Positions 37,399 to 44,081 of a stretch of 44,081 bases of DNA are shown piece by piece. Position numbers and translations under genes: made by a program. The notes beneath the pieces were generated by a model. That model saw only the letters and a list, made by a program, of their open reading frames with translations, had not been told where the DNA came from and searched no databases. Each line of letters starts with the position of its first letter. Position 1 is the stretch's first letter. This DNA comes from Macrostomum lignano (taxonomy: Eukaryota): assembly GCA_002269645.1 (NCBI GenBank), contig NIVC01004497.1:1-44081 (forward strand). The letters run 5' to 3'.

Positions 37399-38957
37399 AC
37401 TAACTGTCTAACTATTTTACTAACTAACTAACTGACTAACTAACTAATTGACAAACTAACAGAGGCATCGCAGAGCCAATCAAACCCCAGCCTCACCTGC
37501 CAGTCAGCTACGCAGGTGTAAAAATCCGAGTGCCGATCGAACCGCTGGCGAAGTCGCGCAGCCTCGGCCTCGTGCCGATCCAGCAGCTCCTCTGTCCAGT
37601 CCTGCGAATCCAGCAGAGGCCGCAGCTGGTCCAGTTCGGACGGCGCCGCCAAGCAACGATCGCAAAGTTCGATGATTTCACGGCGACAATCGGCGATGCA
37701 TTCGCGCAATTTCGGCACAACAAGCTGGCGCAGTCTGGACAGCTCAGCCTCCATGCGGCGCAGGGTGTCATGCGTTGGCGCCTGGCTGGCGGCCAGGCTC
37801 TCCCAGTACTGCCGCCCGGCGTCTGGACTGCAGCGATTTGGTTAACAAGTGCCGGGCCTTAGTAGGGTATACTATCTGCCCAGCTGTCTACTGTTCTCCG
37901 ATCCCTATCCGTACCCATTTTATCTCCCTAGTTAACTCCGATCTCCCTACTCAGATCCCTACCCTACTCAGATCCCTACCCTACTCAGATCCTCTCCCTA
38001 CCCTACTCAGATCCTCTCCCTACCCTACTTAGATCCTCTCCCTACCCTACTCAGATCATTTATCTACCCTACTGAGATCCCTACCCTACTCAAATCCTCT
38101 CCCTTACCCTACTCAGATCATTTATCTACACTACTGAGATCCCTACCCTACTCAGATCCTCTCCCTACCCTACTCAGATCCTCTCCCTACCCTACTCAAA
38201 TCCTCTCCCTACCCTACTCAGATCCTTTATCTACCCTACTGAGGTCCCTACCCTACTCAGATCCTCTCCCTACCCTACTCAGATCCTTTCCCTACCCTAC
38301 TCAGATCCTCTCCCTACCCTACTCAGATCCTCTCCCTACCCTACTCAGATCCTCTCCCTACCCTACTCAGATCCTCTCCCTACCCTTACACAATTCCTCT
38401 GCCTACCGTAGCCCACTCCTTTCCCTCCCTACACCTAGGTCTTTTATTGCCTTCCTAATATTAGTATACTTCAAACGAAAGTTGAAGTGAACCAACCTGT
38501 CAATCTGCAGTCTACGCCACAGAGTACGCATCTGAGCAATCGTACACAATAGCGCCAATCTCAAACGCATCGTATGCAACTTGCCAGTAAATTGATTCAA
38601 CAATTGTTCCCGCTGTATAAGGCCGCACTGTTCGTCAATAATCCTATCTGGAGTTAGATTAGTCAGTTCCGCTGTCATCGCGGCTCGCTCAGCCCCAGCC
38701 GTAGCAACCGACAATTCCGCTAATAGCTCCGAGTGCAACTGACGAGCGGCCGCTAACTTATTAGTAACAGAATCTGACAGAGCCATCTCTTCGATGGCCT
38801 CGCCGCGGACCATGTCAACCATGAGATCGGACACCCAGCCAAGGATCACTGGCAGCCGTGACTCCAATTGGAATTGGGTAGTCATGCCCATTCTGCGCCA
38901 GATGCCCAGCAGTTCGTCACAGTTTGTATTGATTAGTTTGGCCATTTCAGATCGCAT
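33853..38957 (-). CDS. PRC1: PRC1/ASE1/MAP65 microtubule cross-linker; exons 38957-38497, 37827-37497, 36615-36238, 35977-35819, 35015-34980, 34218-33853 (~576 aa)
   Basis: Motifs ELLGIWRRMG, RTLWRRLQI, WTEELLDRHEAE, KDPAVLNNRGGVLLRLEREK, TP-rich tail and SISSSYSAF. All five introns are GT-AG and phase-compatible (1731 nt). Confidence 0.88.
34255..34979 (-). repeat. 23-bp minisatellite (TGAATCTCAGCATGTCTCACACC on +) filling PRC1 intron 5
   Basis: Visible; begins at the donor site itself. Confidence 0.95.
35495..35808. repeat. (TAC)n microsatellite in PRC1 intron 4
   Basis: Visible. Confidence 0.95.
36665..37460. repeat. (TAAC/TGAC)n microsatellite with a repeated ~50-bp variant block, PRC1 intron 2
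   Basis: Visible; the block ...CCAACTAACTGTCTAACTATTTTAC recurs four times. Confidence 0.95.
37935..38390. repeat. 22-bp minisatellite (CTACTCAGATCCTCTCCCTACC) in PRC1 intron 1
   Basis: Visible. Confidence 0.95.
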
Positions 38958-40534
38958 TTTCTGCCTGTTTTAAACAAAAAAATATATAGTAGCAAGTTTT
39001 TATCAAAGTTCAAGGCAGGATCAACATTTTTGGGGATTAGAATCCCACCTTAAATCAACTTTTTATTTTATAGATCCTATACAGGACTTATAAAATCTAT
39101 GAAGATTTAATACAATCAAATTTAATCTATGATAATATAAAATTTAAAACTTGTAGCATGTGTAACAGCTTTGGCTCCCACATGGTATCCTTAGATTACA
39201 ACAGTGTACTCAAAGGTATACACAGCAGGCTAAGAAGGCTGCCATTATATTTTATATCATCTGAGCAAACCAAAGAAATTAGTTTTTTAGTTTATTTTCA
39301 TTAACTTTTTATTGATCATGTCCAACTTTTGCCATTTGTTCATAACCATTGTTTCACTTGCTATGTTTATAGTTGCTTGGTATTACCTCATTGAAGGAGC
39401 TAATAGTGCGAGATAAAGACAGTGCTTAAAAGATTAATTGATTATATTAAAAATTGAGGCTTGCCTTACTATCAAGGCTTGATAAAATAAATCAGAGAAA
39501 TTTACAATGCGCACACATGTCTATAGTTACCTTGTGCTACCTGTTGAAAGTTTAGAAGCATGCCTAGGTGAAGGGCATTGACTAAGTTAGAGCGTGATTT
39601 AGAAATGCCTCAATGTGCTGATGAAATTTGATGGTTGGCAAGGGTCCTCTGAGGCAAAGTATACAAGGATATATCCTACAGATACTAGAATAACTAGATG
39701 GGCCACTCAAGCACATATTCAATACTTAGCAAAAACAGCCTTCTACTTTCAGTTCAGTAGCAAAGAAGAATACAGAAGCTATTTTTTTTAAGAATAAAGG
39801 CAGCTGAGATTACTTTGATAAGTTTAGAAGCCCAAGCTTGCAGACATAAACAGCTTGCTAATTGGTTCATCCATAATGTACATTAGCCATTGAAATGTAC
39901 AAGGCAGATCTAGACTAGAACTGAGGAAGGTAAGAAAATTTGGATGGCAGGGTAGGGGTGGAGGTTTTGTATGGAGTTGAAAGGAAGCTTGGGGGTAAAT
40001 AAATGAGCGTTGTCTTTAAAATACATTACAATGCTTGTTCAACTTAATACTGAACTGAAATTTGCTTGTATACAAATGTGCTAAGTGGCTTGTCTAGTTA
40101 TTTTAGTATCTGTGGGATATACTAGGGTTTATTGAACTAGCAGTTACAGGAAAAATCTGACCTGGCAGAATTGTTGTCTATCTTGATGGTCCAGAGGGAT
40201 GGCAAACTTGATTTTTGTTTAAGCTGTATAACAAAAAGTCAGTAACAAAATTTTTTTTTTCATTCTAATAAAAAACCATGCATATTTTAACATTATTGTA
40301 TCCTAGGGGTTGCTTGCTTCTGCCCTCTAGAATAATCCACCGATGGTACCAAAGTTGTCCTAGGGCTTATTTCCTTCTTAACAATATCCCAGTGATGCCA
40401 CTAGCTATAGTAGGCTAACTGTTCTATCTTCTAAAAACTATTTTACCAATGCCACCAAGTTGTACTAGTTCTAAAATTCTCTTTTATTAATCCTACTGCT
40501 GTATTTTACAATATTTCTTCTTCAAATAAGTCTG

Positions 40535-41520
40535 ATAGCATTCTGGTAGCATTCTAAGTAATGTTCTAGTAGCATTCTAAGTAGCTCTCTGATAGCATTC
40601 TAAGTAGCTTTCTGGTAGCATTCTAAGTAGCTCTCTGGTAGCATTCTAAGTAGCTCTCTGATAGCATTCTAAGTAGCTTTCTGGTAGCATTCTAAGTAGC
40701 TCTCTAGTAGCATTTTAAGTAGCTTTCTGGTAGCATTCTAAGTAGCTTTTTGGTAGCATTTTAAGTAGCTTTCTGGTAGCATTCTAAGTAGCTTTTTGGT
40801 AGCATTTTAAGTAGCTTTGTGGTAGCATTTTAAGTAGCTTTCTGGTAGCATTCTAAGTTGTTTTGTGGTAGCATTCTAAGTAGCTTTCTGGTAGCATTCT
40901 AAGTAGCTTTGTGGTAGCATTCTGGTAGCATTCTAAGTAGCTTTGTGGTAGCATTCTAAGTAGCTTTGTGGTAGCATTTTAAGTAGCTTTGTGGTAGCAT
41001 TCTAAGTAGCTTTGTGGTAGCATTCTAAGTAGCTTTGTGGTAGCATTCTAAGTAGCTTTGTGGTAGCATTCTAGTAGCATTCTGGTAGCATTCTAAGTAG
41101 CTTTCTAGTAGCATTTTTAGTAGCTCTTTAGTAGCATTTTGAGTAGCTTTCTGGTAGCATTCTAAGTAGCTTTGTGGTAGCATTCTAAGTTGCTTTGTGG
41201 TAGCATTCTAAGTAGCTTTGTGGTAGCATTCTAAGTAGCTTTGTGGTAGCATTCTAGTAGAATTCTAAGTAAGCATTCTGGTAGCATTCTAAGTAGCTTT
41301 CTAGTAGCATTTTTAGTAGCTCTTTAGTAGCATTTTGAGTAGCTTTCTGGTAGCATTCTAAGTAGCTTTGTGGTAGCATTCTAAGTAGCTTTCTGGTAGC
41401 ATTTTAAGTAGCTTTCTGGTAACATTCTAAGTAGCATTCTGGTAGCATTCTAAGTAGCTTTGTGGTAGCATTCTAAGCAGCTTTCTGGTAACATTCTAAG
41501 TAGCTTTTTTGGTAGCAAGA
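40535..41520. repeat. 23-bp minisatellite (TAGCATTCTAAGTAGCTTTCTGG) abutting the mariner 3' end
   Basis: Visible. Confidence 0.95.
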
Positions 41521-43528
41521 TCTTTTTTGGTAAAAAGATTGATGCATTTCTGCATCCTATGAAACCATGCTGCAAAACAGTCTTTCAATTCCACCTGAGT
41601 GACTGCTTCTAGCTCTGCTTTCAATGCCTCTTCAAGCTCCTTGCATGAGTCAAAGCACTTTCCCTTAAGATTCTGCTTGATCTTCAAAAAGAGAAGTCAG
41701 CTAGAGCAAGGTCGGGTGAGTAGGCTAGATATGGCAGCAGAGTCAGCTGAGTTGATGCCAGAAACTCCTGTGTCACCCTAGCTTGGTGAGCTAGAGTGTT
41801 GTTATAGTGCAAGAGAATGGCATGGTCTGCTCTTTGGCTGCTCTTGACAGAGGAACTCTAGCACTAGGGCAAGCAGACACTTGAGTACCAGTGACCAGTC
41901 ACTGTGGCACCTTCCTTGAGTAGAATGGGCAGCAGGATGCCACACTGCTAGAAGAAGACTGCTGTCATGACCTTGCTAACACTTCTCTCATGTAGGAATT
42001 TGATAGGGGCGTCCTCTTTGAAGGCAATCCACTGCCTACTCTGGGATTTTGTCTCTGGGTCATAAAAGTAAATCCAAATTTCATCTCCTGTCAGCCCTAT
42101 AGGAAAAAGTTGTAAAACAGTGGACAGTGTCCAGCGCACATTTGAAATTTTTCTAAAGCGCAGTGCGCACACAGGCGCATCGCCTGCGCGCTGCCCTTTC
42201 TTACTGGCTGCTGCTCTAGCAAATACATATACATGGAAATGGGTATAATACCTCTGTTGAAGGGGCTTATACACTTGTTATTTATTAAGCTTAGAGATGT
42301 TCCGAAAATTCAATTTCAATTTTCCAAAATTTGAAATTTTTAGAGCAATTTTCAATTTTGAAAAAAAAATTTAGAAGTGAAAATTTTGGTAGTGTCTAAA
42401 AAGTCGCTAAAATAAAACTACTTTCTACTACATATACATGTATTACTTTTGCTTAAGCAGTAAATTGAAAGTAAAGAAGTGTGTTCCTCATACTAAACTT
42501 GTTTTTCTGAATTATGATTTCGGGAAATTTCAATTTTGATTTTGGAAAGTTAGCGAATTTTGCTTTCGATGAAACTGCAGATCTTTTGGAACATCTCTAA
42601 TAATCCTAAAGCGCGGTAAAATAGTTTGACTCTTTTCTGAAGTGCGCGTCTGCGGGTTTTAACATTTATTCTAATAGGGCCTGTCAGGATATTGTCAGGG
42701 CATTTTTCATTTGAAAACATGTGCTATATGGCACCTTGACTAAAAAACTTGTGTCATTTTGAAACTCAATGTGCCCATGAAATTTTTTTAAATTGTTTAC
42801 TTGACATGCATTTAAAATGGTTTTAATTACATTTGTCACAAAATGTATATAAGCAAACAAAAAGAAATAAATGAAAAATTGAAATAAAAATAAAAAAGTT
42901 TTCAACATTTAAAACTCAAAAATCAAAAAAGAGGATATGCTAAATTGAAAATTAATATGTGCAAAGTAGCATCTAGCCTTCAAATAATTTGTGCCATTTG
43001 AAAAAAATGTCGCAGGAATACAAATTTTGCACAAAAAACCCTGGGATATTGTCCATCAATTTGAAGCCCTTGCATTGAATTTGTTGAGGATGAAGTTTGA
43101 CAAACTCAACACAAGCTTGCATTTGGTCAAGTTTAAGTGGTGGGACACCTAGCGCGCAGACACTTTTCTCATGCCCAGATGATCATGCAAGATAGAAATG
43201 GGGCTTGAATCCAAAATCCTAACATGTTCTCCATTTTGCAAATAGTCACTTATTAATCTTTATCAAGCAGTTTTTGGACACTGACCATTGTTGCATTTGT
43301 AATGGCCAAATTTGGATGGCCTTTGCATTTGTCATCATCCAGCTCCAGGCAGCAAGAACAAAATCAGCCAAACCACTTGTATACCATCATCTAGGATGGG
43401 GCTTTATCACCAAAGGCTTTTTGAAACATCTGCAAGCACTCAGAGGCAGATTGGCCAAGTCGAAATTGAATAAGAATTGCAACTTTAAAGGAAGTTACTT
43501 TTTCCACAAACTTATTAAACAACCCTTG
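41520..43528 (-). mobile_element. Degenerate mariner (DD34D) transposon split by an insertion; N-terminal part ~43490-43046, catalytic part ~42094-41540
   Basis: TA|CAAGGGTTGTTTAATAAG TIR-like end at 43528. Translated remnants: HTH region (VYKWFG..ELDDD), ILHDHLGMRKVSAR*V (WVP), TGDEIWIYFYDPETK, LLHYNNTLAH (HHDNAPAH), YSPDLALADF, LKGKCF..CFAAWFHRMQKCI. Multiple stops and frameshifts. Confidence 0.9.
42292..42599. mobile_element. hAT-type MITE nested in the insertion within mariner
   Basis: TIRs TAGAGATGTTCCGAAA / TTTTGGAACATCTCTA (15/16 match); 8-bp flanks only partly matched (ATTAAGCT / ATAATCCT). Confidence 0.65.
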
Positions 43529-44081
43529 TATATACTAAAGATACCATAGTCTGGATCATTCTAAGTGCACAATGGAATGCCCCAAACCAAATATACAAAT
43601 GCACACTAACAATAAACAAATGGATTCCAACACTAAAAAGTCCATAGCATATGCACCATAGTGCCACCAACATCATCTGTAGTTTATGTAACTTAGATGA
43701 TGAAACTATATTGACCTTTGACAGTTTGATACAGTATGATAATCATTTTCTTTCTAGAAATTTCCCCAATAGAGTACAACTTAAATTCTAGACAGTTCTC
43801 TTACATAAACTAATTTCAATACTTATATTTATAAATATTTATTGTATAATTAGTTATAGTGAGTTAGCAATACAATTAATGCAGATCCAAAAGGAATGCA
43901 TAGTTAATCTTTGTTTTGTTATAATGCACAGAATGTTCTAGAAGTTTCTAGCAATGCCTCCTGATGACTATAAATAAATGGTGCCCATTGTGAATAATCT
44001 TTACTTCTTCTACTGCCTGGCTTATATACAAACCAAATCAAATAAGAACCACCAGCTAGCACTTTCTATCCGCTTCATTTC

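Noticed and set aside
43274-43549. 91-aa plus-strand ORF
   Set aside because: Antisense shadow of the mariner N-terminal coding region

Overview
Eukaryotic (invertebrate metazoan) genomic DNA with GT-AG introns and GC-rich exons in an AT-rich background. The style resembles Macrostomum-type flatworms, but this cannot be verified from the window. Five conserved genes were assembled by hand into intact spliced frames: GPI (+, 6 exons, 556 aa), Cu/Zn SOD1 (+, 2 coding exons, 153 aa), a GCKIII kinase STK24/25/26 (+, 3 exons, ~497 aa), SAR1 (+, 2 exons, 198 aa) and PRC1/ASE1 (-, 6 exons, ~576 aa). There is also a probable 3-exon orphan single-pass membrane protein gene (21479-22618). Mobile DNA: two inverted copies of a satellite-carrying non-autonomous Helitron (2300-4067 +, 25255-28598 -, with extra stacked 5' ends), a split and decayed mariner (41520-43528 -) and hAT-type MITEs. 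Three main patterns stand out. (1) Nearly every intron longer than ~270 bp is filled by its own tandem-repeat family, and some units contain splice-site-like motifs. (2) Sharply bounded CpG-void, TpA-rich domains occur; in them, transposon codons show C>T/G>A decay beyond CpG (CGA>TAA, TGG>TAG, CCA>CTA), and this appears to leak into synonymous sites of SAR1 exon 1. (3) Helitrons have modular, exchangeable cargo. All counts are hand counts, and family consensus motifs are recalled from knowledge rather than searched.
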